62,225 nucleotides of DNA. It comes from Macrostomum lignano (Eukaryota). The stretch spans positions 1 through 62,225 of the forward strand of contig NIVC01004060.1 of the NCBI GenBank assembly GCA_002269645.1, read 5' to 3'. Under the pieces are notes generated by a model, which saw only the letters and a program-made list of their open reading frames with translations, made no database searches and had not been told where the DNA came from. The position numbers and the translations under genes are program-made. Numbering within the stretch: the first letter of the stretch is position 1; the number at the start of each line of letters is the position of its first letter. Below are positions 33,374-46,142 of the stretch, one piece after another.

Positions 33374-36300
33374 TCAGTAGAGGCTCTTCCCGCTGGCAAT
33401 CCAGGCTTTCCGCATGGGGTGCATCTTGGGGTCGATCCACTCCATGTTGGCGGCGGCCCGCAGCCGCTCCAGCTCGCGCTCCCGCTCCTGCCGGAGCCGC
33501 TCCTCCTCCTGACGGCGCTCCTCCTCCTGCAGCTGGCGCAGGTGCTCGTTGAAGTTGATCTGCGCCTTCAGCTCTTCACCGAAGTTCAGATTCTTCTGAT
33601 GACGGGCGGCCGCCTCCTCGCGCTCCTCCACCTTCATGGCTTCGATGCGGGCGAGGATTTCCGCCTTCTCCTCGGCGGCCTCCCGCTGCCGCCGCTCGTT
33701 GGCCAGCAGGCGCTCCTGGATCTGCGTGCGCCGCTCCGCCATGACCTGCTCCAGCAGCTGCCGCCTCGCCTCCTTCTCGCGGCGCCACTGGTCCACTCGC
33801 TTCTGCCACTGCTGCTGGATCTCCGCGTCCAGAAGACGCTCCAGCTCCGCCTCCCTGCGGGTTTGGGCGCGGATTGTTGAGTGTGCGGGATTGGTGAGTG
33901 TGCGGGATTGGTGAGTGTGCGGGATTGGTGAGTGTGCGGGATTGGTGAGTGTGCGGGATTGGTGAGTGACTGTGCGGGATTCGTGAGTGTGCGGGATTGT
34001 TGAGTGTGCGGGATTGGTAAGTGTGCGGGATTGGTGAGTGTGCGGGATTGGTGAGTGACTGTGTGGGATTCGTGAGTGTGCGGGAATGTTGAGTGTGCGG
34101 GATTTGTGAGTGCGCGGGATTCGTGAGTGTGCGGGAATGTTGAGTGTGCGGGATTTGTGAGTGTGCGGGAATGTTGAGTGTGCGGGATTGGTGAGTGTGC
34201 GGTAATGTTGAGTGTGCGGGATTGTTGAGTGTGCGGGATTGGTGAGTGTGCGGGATTGGTGAGTGTGCGGGATTTGTGAGTGCGCGGGATTCGTGAGTGT
34301 GCGGGAATGTTGAGTGTGCGGGATTTGTGAGTGTGCGGGATTTGTGAGTGTGCGGGAATGTTGAGTGTGCGGGATTGGTGAGTGTGCGGGAATGTTGAGT
34401 GTGCGGGATCGTTGAGAGTGCGGGATCGGTGAGTGACTGTGCGGGATTGGTGAGTGACTGTGCGGGATTGGTGAGTGACTGTGCGGGATTGGTGAGTGAC
34501 TGTGCGGGATCGGTGAGTGACTGCGGAATTCGTGAGACAGATGCTGGAGTGTGAGACTAATTCCAGGGAAACCCACCTGGCCTTCTCCTCCTCCATCATG
34601 TTGCGCAGGTACTCGCGGTATCTGCGGTCCTCCTCCCTCATCGCCAGCTTCCTGGCCCGGGTGTTGGCCTCCTCCACGCGGCTCTCCTCGGCCAGCTGCT
34701 CGAGGATCTTCATGTCGAAGGCCAGCTCCTCCTGGGCCTCGCGGGCCTTCTGGCGCATCCGCAGGCGGATGTTGCGGTCCAGCATCCGGCGAGTCTCCTG
34801 CTCCTTGCGGCGCCGCTCCTCAGCCGCCTGAGCCGCCTCCACCTGCGGGTTCGAGTCAGTGTTTTTCCCTGGGAAATGCTCCGGGAGAAACCTGGGCTGA
34901 CTTGGGGCTGGTGAGCTGTGCAACCCTGCTCACCTTTCGGAGCTCCTCCATCTCGCGGACCAGCTGAGCCTCCTCCTCCTTCAGCTTGAGCTCCTCGTCG
35001 CGTCTGGCCTTGAAGGCGGCCCGCTGTTGCTCCAGCACCGCCACCGTCTCCATCTCGCGCTGCTTGCGCTCCGCCAGGTCCCGCTCCTCACGCTCCGCCT
35101 TGGCTGCCAGCTCCTCCTTCCACAGCTCGTGAAAATAGCGCTCCTCTGCCTGGCGCTGCGCCTCCAGGCGCTTCTTCAGGTGCACCTGCGGATGCGATGG
35201 CGGTGAGACAGTTAGCGGGTGAGACAGTTGGTGGGTGAGACAGTTGGGGGTGAGCCAGTTGGTGGGTGAGACAGTTGGCGGGTGAGACAGTTGGTGGGTG
35301 AGACAGTTGGCGGGTGAGACAGTTGGTGGGTGAGACAGTTGGTGGGTGAGACAGTTGGTGGGTGAGACAGTTGGTGGGTGAGACAGTTGGCGGGTGAGAC
35401 AGTTGGCGGGTGAGACAGTTAGTGGGTGAGACAGTTGGTGGGTGAGACAGTTGGTGGGTGAGACAGTTAGTGAGTGAAACAGTTGGTGGGTGAGACAGTT
35501 AGTGAGTGAGACAGTTAGTGAGTGAGACAGTTGGTGGGTGAGACAGTTGGTGGGTGAGACAGTTGGCGGGTGAGACAGTTGGTGGGTGAGACAGTTGGCG
35601 GGTGAGACAGTTGGTGGGTGAGACAGTTGGCGGGTGAGACAGTTGGTGGGTGAGACAGTTGGTGGGTGAGACAGTTGGTGGGTGAGACAGTTGGTGGGTG
35701 AGACAGTTGGCGGGTGAGACAGTTGGCGGGTGAGACAGTTAGTGGGTGAGACAGTTGGTGGGTGAGACAGTTGGTGGGTGAGACAGTTGGTGGGTGAGAC
35801 AGTTGGTGGGTGAGACAGTTAGTGAGTGAGACAGTTTGTGGGTGAGACAGTTGGTGGGTGAGACAGTTGGTGGGTGAGACAGTTGGTGGGTGAGACAGTT
35901 GGCGGGTGAGACAGTTGGCGGGTGAGACAGTTGGGGGTGAGCCAGTTGGTGGGTGAGACAGTTGGCGGGTGAGACAGTTGGCGGGTGAGACAGTTGGCGG
36001 GTGAGACAGTTGGTGGGTGAGACAGTTGGTGGGTGAGACAGTTGGTGGGTGAGACAGTTGGTGGGTGAGACAGTTGGTGGGTGAGACAGTTGGTGGGTGA
36101 GACAGTTGGTGGGTGAGACAGTTGGTGGGTGAGACAGTTGGTGGGTGAGACAGTTGGCGGGTGAGACAGTTGGTGGGTGAGACAGTTGGTGGGTGAGACA
36201 GTTGGTGGGTGAGACAGTTGGTGGGTGAGACAGTTGGTGGGTGAGACAGTTGGTGGGTGAGACAGTTGGTGGGTGAGACAGTTGGTGGGTGAGACAGTTG

Positions 36301-37834
36301 GTGGGTGAGACAGTTGGTGGGTAAGACAGTTGGAGCTTGCTAAGACGGTCACCTGATTGTCCCGCTCGGCGATGACCTCCGCCAGGTGCCGCTTCTGCAG
36401 GTTGGTGCGCAGCTCCTCGCTCTGCTCCCGCCACAGCTCGTTCATCTTCTGCTCAACCAGCTGCTGCCGCTCCGCCTCTTTCTCCTCCCTGAGCTGCTTG
36501 GCCCGCTCGCGCATCTTGGCCTGGCGCTCCAGCACCGTCTCCTGGCTGGCGTCCATCTCCTCCAGGTGGCGCCGCTCGTCAGCCTCCAGCAGGGCGCGCA
36601 GTCGGTCCCGGCGCTCCTCGATGCGCATCTCCATCTGGCGCCGGTACTCCTGCAGCCGGCGGTTGACGGCCTTGCGCTGCAGCCGCTTGTTGGTCTGCTG
36701 CTCCCAGTCGCTGCGCATGTCCATGAGGGCCTGGGCGCGGACCTCGGCGTCCCTCTCCGCCCGGCGGGCGGCCTCCTCCCGGCTCTGTTGGATGATCCAG
36801 TCGCCGCCGCCGCTGCCCGGTGTTCGGCCCAGCTACGAAAATAGATGGATTTGCTTTAATCCTGCCGTTTTAGGCGAATTTTTTCGAATTCTTTTAATTT
36901 GCTTTGGACATGACTGTGAGCAGCGATTCCTCAAAGAATTCGATAGTGAAAGAATCGCTTCATTCTTCTTCGCTTTTAATTAGAACAACTTCGCTTGATT
37001 TCAAGACAATCGACAATTAATTATCTATTCGCTGCTCTTTATGTGTTTGGGGTTATAAATTTTTGTTTACTTGTAATACACATTTTGTGTCATTGAGTAA
37101 AAAATGTTTATTTATGTTCTTATAAAGTTATAAATATTAAAAACCATAAAACAATTTTCGCTAATAGTCCCATATATGAGACATTTAAAACAATATATTC
37201 TGTACTTTATTAGCCATCTCTTCAAAAATTTGAAAGTTATAAAGTCCTGATTTAGAGACACTATATAATTCAGAAGGAAACAGCATTCTGATTTTTATTT
37301 AGAGATTAGACATACACTAAAAATTTCTTGAAAGTGGAGGTAAAGCTACTTTGAATTTGTTTTCCAGCATTTGTATGGCCTTCAAAATTGGTAGTTTTAA
37401 TGAGTGAAAAGAAGAAAGACTTTATAAATTTTTAAAAACTTAAAAAGTTTGCATTTATAACTTTTTAAAATTTATAACTTTTATCTTAATTTAAAACAAT
37501 AAATTTCAACTCAGATTTAAGCATAACATTAGCACAATAACAATTGACGCGTATTTTTCATTAGAGTTCGCCCATTAATTTTCTTTTTTAAATAATGTTA
37601 AAAATGGGTTATCTTGTACTTCGCATTCTCCAAGGCTTTTGTAGTTACAGTCGTAGACGTTTCTTGTTCTATTCATTTTGCCGAAACTATTGGGTAAATC
37701 TAAATATAGACTATACATACTTATAGATGGAAGAAAAAAAGTTAAGATATTTATTCACTTACAATTCCAACGCTGTTGGGCTCCGGCCCACGAAATTCCC
37801 TTTGGCGCGTCCTCCTTTTTTCTACTGTAAGCAT
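33374..37834 (-). CDS. CFAP53: Cilia- and flagella-associated protein 53 (CCDC11); exons 37763-37834, 36353-36832, 34934-35185, 34577-34842 and 33374-33854; 516 aa
   Basis: All four introns are GT-AG with consistent phases; total 1551 nt. N-terminal QREFRGPEP, IEERRDRLRALLEADE..E...QETVLERQAKMRERAKQLREEKEAERQQLV, and C-terminal HPMRKA. Confidence 0.9.
33878..34522. repeat. 17/21-bp intronic minisatellite (CFAP53 intron 4)
   Basis: Unit gtgagtgtgcgggattg and variants. Confidence 0.95.
35203..36330. repeat. 16-bp intronic minisatellite (CFAP53 intron 2)
   Basis: Unit gtgggtgagacagttg. Confidence 0.95.
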
Positions 37835-39059
37835 TCTGATACGAGGAACAATACCAAAGCGTACAAAACAGGCGAATTTGTGAAAAGTTAAAAATTGAAT
37901 TGATAAACCCTAAATCTTTTACTATGGTTCCAATTAGCTAGGGCATATGATTATTAATTTTTAAAAAAAAACCTTTTTTATAATTTTTTAAGACGAATTT
38001 TTACGTGGATTGAAAGCTCTTGATTCGATCTAACTAAAAGAGAGAATTAATTTGTTATAGTTTTTGTGACGATAAAATTTTTCCGGAAAACAACATACCA
38101 TAGTAAAGTGTTAGAAGAGGCTAATTATGCCTAACCCTTGTGAAGAGACATGAGAGGGGTAGGGTAGTATATTTAGAGCGTCAGACTTTAAAATCCCACT
38201 AGTTTTATCGTTTCTTTACTTATTCAGCGAAGCAGGAGTGGTCTTCATGGGACTCGTTTCTGATGTACCCACCGATGTAGTGGCAAAAATTGAAATGGCG
38301 ACTGATATTAGGGATATTTTTCGTTCATGTTCATGGAAATTAAAAAAAATCGCTGCAAAGAAAGATAGCGGAACTGTCTCCAAAGCTTACCTCTTATATG
38401 AGGTAAACTAAATCTAGCTGCAAGACAATGAATGCTACAAGCTTTTATCAAGGACCACTGTATATAGCTATATACAGTGGTCCTTAGCTTTTATCAAGAT
38501 AACCTGGATTTTTAACAACAGAGTTCTTTTTTTTGGTAGATTCGAAAAGAAATTAAGTTGCTCTTAAAGATTGAGCTGTTGTGTTTCGAAACATATACAA
38601 GTACATAAATACTTTACTGTACGAAATTATAAGAAGTTTTCTGGAATATTAATTATAGAAGGCAAGGATATAGGATTAACTTATTAAAATAGAACATGAA
38701 TAGTACGTATCACGCTAGTCATTCGCAATTACACCCTACAGCAAAGTATCTATCTTAACAACATTCGAGTGAATATGCCCTGGAAAAATTTAAAGCGACA
38801 AGAGATTATGTTTACAATATAGCGCTATTGCTACAGTCTGTTTTCAGACTCTATTTTAAAATTGATTTGAGCATGCATGTTTGTGGAGAGTTTATGTACA
38901 GTACGAGCTTGTACTAGCGAGGTAGTGAATCATAGCGTTAACAAGTGCAATTCTAGGGGTGGCTGTTAACTGTTTTTTAATGCGATTGATATGATACGAT
39001 CATCATCGTACTATCATTTCATCATGTATGGTATCATACCGTATGATACCATACATGAT

Positions 39060-39462
39060 CAGGCGCGTCGCCACCGGGGGGGACAGGGGGGACAGGGGGG
39101 ACATATGTGTCCCCCATTAAAAGCTATGGGGGGACATGCCAATGCATTGTCCCCCTCACCCACCACCTCGTGACTCGTTGTGGTAATAAATAATTTTTCT
39201 TGAGGGCGCTAAAATATAGCGCCTTTGGCGCCAAAATGAGTGCCTGCGGCGCTAAAATGAGTATCTACGGCGCTAAAAGGAATGCCTGAGGCGCTAAAAT
39301 GAGTTATCTACGGCGCTAAAAGGAATGCCTGCGGCGGCGCCAAAATGAACGCTGACAACACGCTTCTCAAAATAATGGAAATGTAGGAATTTGGTCATGT
39401 ACATGTTGAATTCTTGGCTTTGTGCCCCCCCCCACCATATAAAATCCATGGCGACTCCCCTG
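39060..39462. mobile_element. MITE-like element with imperfect TIRs
   Basis: Left CAGGCGCGTCGCCACC versus right (reverse complement) CAGGGGAGTCGCCATG; internal ~20-bp repeats (ggcgctaaaa...); no clear long TSD. Confidence 0.55.
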
Positions 39463-41344
39463 ATCATATCACATCTTATCTACATGTATCTATTGATGTA
39501 CATGTAACCCGTGCGACTATAGGCTCTGGCTCCGAACACCCCTGCTCCCTCGAACTACGAGTTTCTTTCCTTAGTTCATAGTGGGTTGCTTGTGGTGTGG
39601 CTGAGTGGCAAAGGTCCCTCGAACCAAACTGAGGCTGCGGGGTGTTTTATATAGGTACACGCCAAAGGCGTGGGCGCCTCCAGCCTTCTGCGTAGAAGTA
39701 AGTGGCGCCCGGGGACCTTTCACTAATGAGACTGAGCTCCCAGCCTGCTACGGGCAACGAATTTAAGGGACTCTATGCGAAGTATCAATGAAGTAGTCCA
39801 GACTAATGCCAAAACGAGGATTCTTTCGACCCTGGAGCGCGGTATCCCAAGGGCTTTACTATTTCCTAATTCCCCGCGACTCTCGTATGGTTCTGGAGAT
39901 GTGACAGCGATAAGACTGTGATTTCCTCTTCAACTAGCGCTTGTATGCGCTATTTCGATTAAGTACACTACGTGGTATCCAGACTCCGTAGTGATGCACG
40001 GTGGTCTCGGAGCTTATATGTACTTTTTTAGTCGGGCATATTGTATTGGTGGTAAATTTGCTAATTATACATTACCTGAACTTCAGTTTCTCCTCTATAT
40101 CTGCAGCACATCACTTTACTCTCGCAGCTTAACCTTAAGGCAGTGGCAGCTTACGACTGGACATCAATTTGACTAACTAAAAGCAATGGCCAAGAAGTTT
40201 AGCTCCCGCAATAATTAATCATACAAATAAAGACTCTCGACGCTGTTGTCGTTGAGGATTCGAATTGAGGTTGTCGGAGGGTCGACTTCCGGATCATTGA
40301 TGGAGTTAAATCAATCAGGTATTGGGATTTGACGAATTAGCTAGGTGAGGATCGAATACGCGATCTCGCAGGTTGACTTCAATTCGGGGATGAACTGCTG
40401 GTGATCCTAGGGAACTGGTTTCTCGTCCAGGGTGAGGGTGCACGGGTCCCGAAAGTGTAGAGCGTCACTAGCGTCACGTCCTAAAGTGTCACTCGCGGCT
40501 CCGAAGGTCGGTGGGAAAACGAGCTGCTTAAATAGCGCTGAGATCATGCGCGTGACTCGTGATGCACAGGAGATGCACAGGACCTTGAACTGCCCTTGAC
40601 CGGCGTCGCCAAGCAACCGAGTGACGTCACCTGACTAGCCTTCATCGTGATTGGCTATTAAAATGAGGTGGGTGTACGGTCTAGTAATGGGGCCAATTGG
40701 GGGCGTCACGAGACATGGGAGTGGAGTTCTTTTCAGTGATTTTGAACAAAGGAGCTCATACTCACAATCTTGCTGGGCCTCCCGCTCCTTTCAGCCTCAA
40801 ATCAGCGTGAATGTGGGATAGGATCTAAGGTACTATACCTAAGAAAGGTAGTGAAAGGATGGGCTAATCCGAAGATTAAGGCCAATACATAAAATCTGGC
40901 AAAATTTGGCCACGTGTCAGTCTGTTATACATTCAATTAGGAATTAAATAGAGCTCGTTGGTCATTTCTTTTGATGTGGTCTTTGGATCTGTAAGCCTGG
41001 CTAAAATTTTGAGCCGCAAAACAGCATTTTGCGACAGCATCTCTGCGGCCTTAATTAGGTAAGCTAAGCCTCGAACTCAGCCGCATCATGACGGATTGCT
41101 GTGTTCTTGACGGTGAGTGAAAACTTCTGTAGATCTTGCTCAACCCTGTCACACACAAGAGTGACAGGACTGCAAACAGAAGATGCTAAAGTAAATCTCC
41201 GTTCGACATGCGGATTGGTTTTGGCCTTGCAAATTACAGAATTATTTTTTCTTTTTCCTTTATCCTGCTCATCTGGGGTGTCCTGAGCTAAATTCCAGTA
41301 AACCTCAGCTTGGAGACGCCTTGCGTAGATTGGAATTTATTTCT

Positions 41345-43352
41345 ATAAGGTAGAGTGATAGGAGGGTAGAGTGGGGACAGGGTAGAGTGGGGACAGAGTG
41401 GAGTGGGGACAGGGTAGAGTGGGGACAGGGTAGAGTGGGGACAGGGTAGAGTGGGGCAGGGTAGAGTGGGGACAGGGTAGAGTGAGGACAGGGTAGAGTG
41501 GGGACAGGGTAGAGTGGGACAGGGTAGAGTGGGGACAGGGTAGAGTGGGGACAGGGTAGAGTGGGGACAGGGTAGAGTGGGGACAGGGTAGAGTGGGACA
41601 GGGTAGAGTGGGGACAGGGTAGAGTGAGGACAGGGTAGAGTGGGACAGGGTAGAGTGGGGACAGGGTAGAGTGGGGACAGGGTAGAGTGGGGACAGGGTA
41701 GAGTGGGGACAGGGTAGAGTGGGGACAGGGTAAAGTGGGGACAGGGTAGAGTGGGGACAGGGTAGAGTGGGGCAGGGTAGAGTGGGGACAGGGTAGAGTG
41801 AGGACAGGGTAGAGTGGGGACAGGGTAGAGTGGGGACAGGGTAGAGTGGGGACAGGGTAGAGTGGGGACAGGGTAGAGTGGGGCAGGGTAGAGTGGGGAC
41901 AGGGTAGAGTGAGGACAGGGTAGAGTGGGGACAGGGTAGAGTGGGACAGGGTAGAGTGGGGACAGGGTAGAGTGGGGACAGGGTAGAGTGGGGACAGGGT
42001 AGAGTGGGGACAGGGTAGAGTGGGACAGGGTAGAGTGGGGACAGGGTAGAGTGAGGACAGGGTAGAGTGGGACAGGGTAGAGTGGGGACAGGGTAGAGTG
42101 GGGACAGGGTAGAGTGGGGACAGGGTAGAGTGGGGACAGGGTAGAGTGGGGACAGGGTAAAGTGGGGACAGGGTAGAGTGGGGACAGGGTAGAGTGGGGA
42201 CAGGGTAAAGTGGGGACAGGGTAGAGTGGGGACAGGGTAGAGTGGGGACAGGGTAGAGTGGGGACAGGGTAGAGTGGGGACAGGGTAGAGTGGGGACAGG
42301 GTAGAGTGGGGACAGGGTAGAGTGGGGACAGGGTAGAGTGAGGACAGAGTAGAGTGGGGACAGGGTAGAGTGGGGACAGGGTAGAGTGGGGACAGGGTAG
42401 AGTGAGGACAGGGTAGAGTGAGGACAGGGTAGAGTGGGGACAGGGTAGAGTGGGGACAGGGTAGAGTGAGGACAGGGTAGAGTGAGGACAGGGTAGAGTG
42501 GGGACAGGGTAGAGTGGGGACAGGGTAAAGTGGGGACAGGGTAGAGTGGGGACAGGGTAGAGTGGGGACAGGGTAGAGTGGGGACAGGGTAGAGTGAGGA
42601 CAGGGTAGAGTGGGGACAGGGTAGAGTGGGGACAGGGTAGAGTGGGGACAGGGTAAAGTGGGGACAGGGTAGAGTGAGGACAGGGTAGAGTGGGGACAGG
42701 GTAGAGTGGGGACAGGGTAGAGTGGGGACAGGGTAGAGTGGGGACAGGGTAGAGTGGGGACAGGGTAGAGTGGGGCAGGGTAGAGTGGGGACAGGGTAGA
42801 GTGGGGACAGGGTAGAGTGAGGACAGGGTAGAGTGAGGACAGGGTAGAGTGGGGACAGGGTAGAGTGGGGACAGGGTAAAGTGGGGACAGGGTAGAGTGG
42901 GGCAGGGTAGAGTGGGGACAGGGTAGAGTGGGGACAGGGTAGAGTGAGGACAGGGTAGAGTGGGGACAGGGTAGAGTGGGGACAGGGTAGAGTGGGGACA
43001 GGGTAGAGTGGGGACAGGGTAGAGTGGGGACAGGGTAGAGTGGGGACAGGGTAGAGTGGGGACAGGGTAGAGTGGGGCAGGGTAGAGTGGGGCAGGGTAG
43101 AGTGGGGACAGGGTAGAGTGGGGACAGGGTAGAGTGGGGACAGGGTAGAGTGGGGACAGGGTAGAGTTGTGACAGGGTAGAGTGGGGACAGGGTAGAGTG
43201 GGGACAGGGTAGAGTGGGACAGGGTAGAGTGAGGACAGGGTAGAGTGGGGACAGGGTAGAGTGGGGACAGGGTAGAGTGGGGACAGGGTAGAGTGGGGAC
43301 AGGGTAGAGTGGGACAGGGTAGAGTGGGGACAGGGTAGAGTGGGGCAGGAAA
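41345..43352. repeat. 2-kb G-rich 16-bp minisatellite
   Basis: Unit gggtagagtggggaca, about 125 copies. Confidence 0.97.
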
Positions 43353-43977
43353 GAGTGGGCCGTGCATCAACTGTGCCAACTTGCCAGAATGTTCCTGACT
43401 AGAAGTTCTGATTGAACAAGATTTAATCATCAACTTAAGAGTGAAGTTTCTGAACACGGTCGCGCGAGTGAAAAACGACACGAAATTGCTGAATTTTGGC
43501 CACTTGCTGGTGCTTAAAAGTAAATGAAGAATTAACAGCAAGAAAGCCGGACTCAGGACGCTAATCTGCAAAGTGAAATCGGACTGTATTCCGGGCTTCC
43601 GTGAACAGATTAAGGTCTTCATTTGTGAGAAGATTCCCTGGAGCTCCGATAAGCGGTTCAGCCTTTGCGGCTTTATTTAAGCAATCCATTAAGAAATTTT
43701 TGCATTCCTTTTGAGCGCACTTCTTTATGAAAAAGCTACTCTTTCAGGCGACAATTTCAATTCGCACGAACTAGAGAGCTTTATTAACACGCTTTGAATT
43801 TACTTCACGAGTGCAAAAGAAAATCCACAACAAGTAATCACCAATGCAAGCCCGCTACAATCGATAACAGTTGTTGCAGACACTGCTTTACCTATATTTA
43901 AGGTATCAGAAACTCTGAGATCTCAGCCGCCTCTTAAAACTTCTTAATCCAGATAGGTCAATGCCGTCCCTTTAAGT

Positions 43978-45323
43978 CTAAATATCATTCAAAGATCGGT
44001 CATCGCGCAGCTCCTTTGCTGCTGTCGCTGCCGCCGCGTCCAGCACGATTGCGTCTCTGGGACGGCTGCGGCGACCGCGGGATGAGAAGGCGGCGCTGAG
44101 GGAGTCGCCCCCCGCTGCCATGAGTATCGCCGGGGGCAGGCGCAGTTGACCCCCTGGCCGGTGGTCTCGCAGGCTGCCGCAGAGCAGGTGCCGCCTGAAC
44201 TGGCTGTTTGTCACCACGTAGCCCAAAAAGTTGAGCACCGAGTCAGCCACGATGCAGACGTTGCTGACCCAGAACAGGCTGCCGCCCATCTCAGCAAAGT
44301 GCTCAAGGTTGTACAGTACAACCACTGGCAGCTCGCAGATCAGGAATATCACGCACAGGTAGACAACCAGGACGTAAACTCGATCTGAACTGTCCTGGCC
44401 GTCTGAGTTGTCCAGATCCTCTTGAAGTGCAGCAGAAGCTGACGTAGCTGACTGGACATTAAGGGGTCATGAAAAACTCTAGGATTACGAGCCGGAATCA
44501 GGGCTTCACTCAAGCCTACCGATCTCTGAGCTTCACTCAAGCCTACCGATCTCTGCTCTTCACTAAAGGCTACCGATCTCTGCTCTTCACTCAAGCCTAC
44601 CGATCTCTGCTCTTCACTCAAGCCTACCGATCTCTGCTCTTCACTCAAGCCTACCGATCTCTGATGCGGGTGGCGGCGCAGGCCAGCGCGCGTGTTGGCC
44701 CGCTGTCGAGACACCAGGCGGATGGCGGCGGCGCCAGAAAGCCCAATGACGCAGAGCAGCGGGACGATGGTCTGCAGGAGGCCGCAGAAATGCGCCTCGA
44801 AATAGAAGAACCACGGACTTTGGTACAGGTGCGGCAGGACCACAGCTTGGCCGCTGCCCTCTTCGTCGCAGTACACAGCTTTCGTGCGGAGAGCGCGCAC
44901 CGCGCTCACGCCGAGGCCGATTATTGCCATGGCAACCATCAAAAGCAGGCTGCGACGTCGGTTTAAAAGGCGCCGGCTGGTAACGCGCAGCACCGCCTCG
45001 AATCGGACGAGGGCGAGAGCGGCAAACGTCCAGTTGCGGAAGAGCAGCGCGGCAAGGGCCAGGGTCTGCACGACGCCGCCCAGGTGAAACATGGCAACGG
45101 TTGCCGGGTCGGCGCTGTAGTGCGGAAACTCGTCGCAAGGTCGGGCGGCCAGGTAAAAAATGAAGTGCGCCATCAGGCAGGTGTTCAGGCAGATCTCGCA
45201 GGTGCAGAGGCTGCAGATCCAGAGCAGCATGGTGCTGTTGGCGGAGATGTGACGCTTGAAGATGGCCAGCGCCCACGAGTTCAGCAACAGGGCCAGCAGG
45301 GTGAGGGGCAGCATCAGGCAAGC
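43978..45323 (-). CDS. Class A GPCR, FMRFamide/peptide-receptor-like; predicted intron 44452-44654; N-terminus probably on upstream exon(s)
   Basis: TM1 LLALLLNSWALAIF; TM3 NWTFAALALVRFEAV; TM5 LQTIVPLLCVIGLS; TM6 YLCVIFLICELP; TM7 DSVLNFLGYVVTNSQFR. The frame switch is resolved by TCG|gtaggc ... gtccag|TCA (phase 0). Confidence 0.82.
44505..44662. repeat. 27-bp tandem repeat overlapping the GPCR intron donor
   Basis: Unit (minus strand) agatcggtaggcttgagtgaagagcag, ~6 copies. Confidence 0.9.
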
Positions 45324-45802
45324 CTATTGTGGGTCGCGAATGGGGATGAGGTGAATGACTTACGATTGAACAACTGACTGAAAACAGCAAAGTCACCTCA
45401 TGCTAATGCAAGGTGTCCCTCTTTCCAAGCTTGAGAATTATGATTTTAATTTTCTTTTACGCTTTTCTGATTGCCCAGAGAAGAATTCACATCCAAATGC
45501 AAATTTTACGGGTTGGCACTGATCTCTATCGCCCTGATACACGGGCGAGCCGAACTACTCAAAGGGAGCACACAGGAAGTGTGTTTGCTTCCAGGCTTTT
45601 ATGCTTGCCCTGATTAGACTTGAGATCCCATTGTGCTGCAGCCGGGAAAAAAGCAACCACGTTAATAAATCTGATCTTTACTGCATGGAAGTCAATGCTT
45701 AAGCCTGATTTCTATGGAATGGGGCTGCAGCTGGCATCCTTCTTTGTCCTGATGTCTATGGCCGAATCGTCAACTTGCTGCTAAATGGGAATTCCGAATC
45801 TC

Positions 45803-46142
45803 TGTCCCCTCTTCTTTGTCCTCTTCTCTCCCCTCTTCTCTCCCCTCTTCTCTCCCCTCTTCTCTCCCCTCTTCTCTCTCCTCTTGACTCCTCTTTTCTC
45901 TCCTCTTTTTCTCCTCTTTTCTCCCCTCTTCTCTCCCCTCTTCTCTCCCCTCTTCTCTCCCCTCTTCTCTCCCCTCTTCTCTCCCCTCTTCTCTCTCCTC
46001 TTGACTCCTCTTTTCTCTCCTCTTTTTCTCCTCTTTTCTCCCCTCTTCTCTCCCCTCTTCTCTCTCCTCTTTGACTCCTCTTTTCTCCCCTCTTTTCTCC
46101 CCTCTTCTCTCCCCTCTTCTCTCTCCTCTTCTCTCCCCTCTT
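45803..46142. repeat. Polypyrimidine 12-bp-type repeat
   Basis: Unit tctcccctcttc. Confidence 0.9.

Noticed and set aside
33374-36724. Long ORFs 33374-34576, 33634-34923, 35739-36434 and 35819-36724 as whole proteins
   Set aside because: They are CFAP53 exons read through into repeat-filled introns.
41343-43622. 759-aa ORF
   Set aside because: It is a translation of the 16-bp minisatellite, stop-free by composition.
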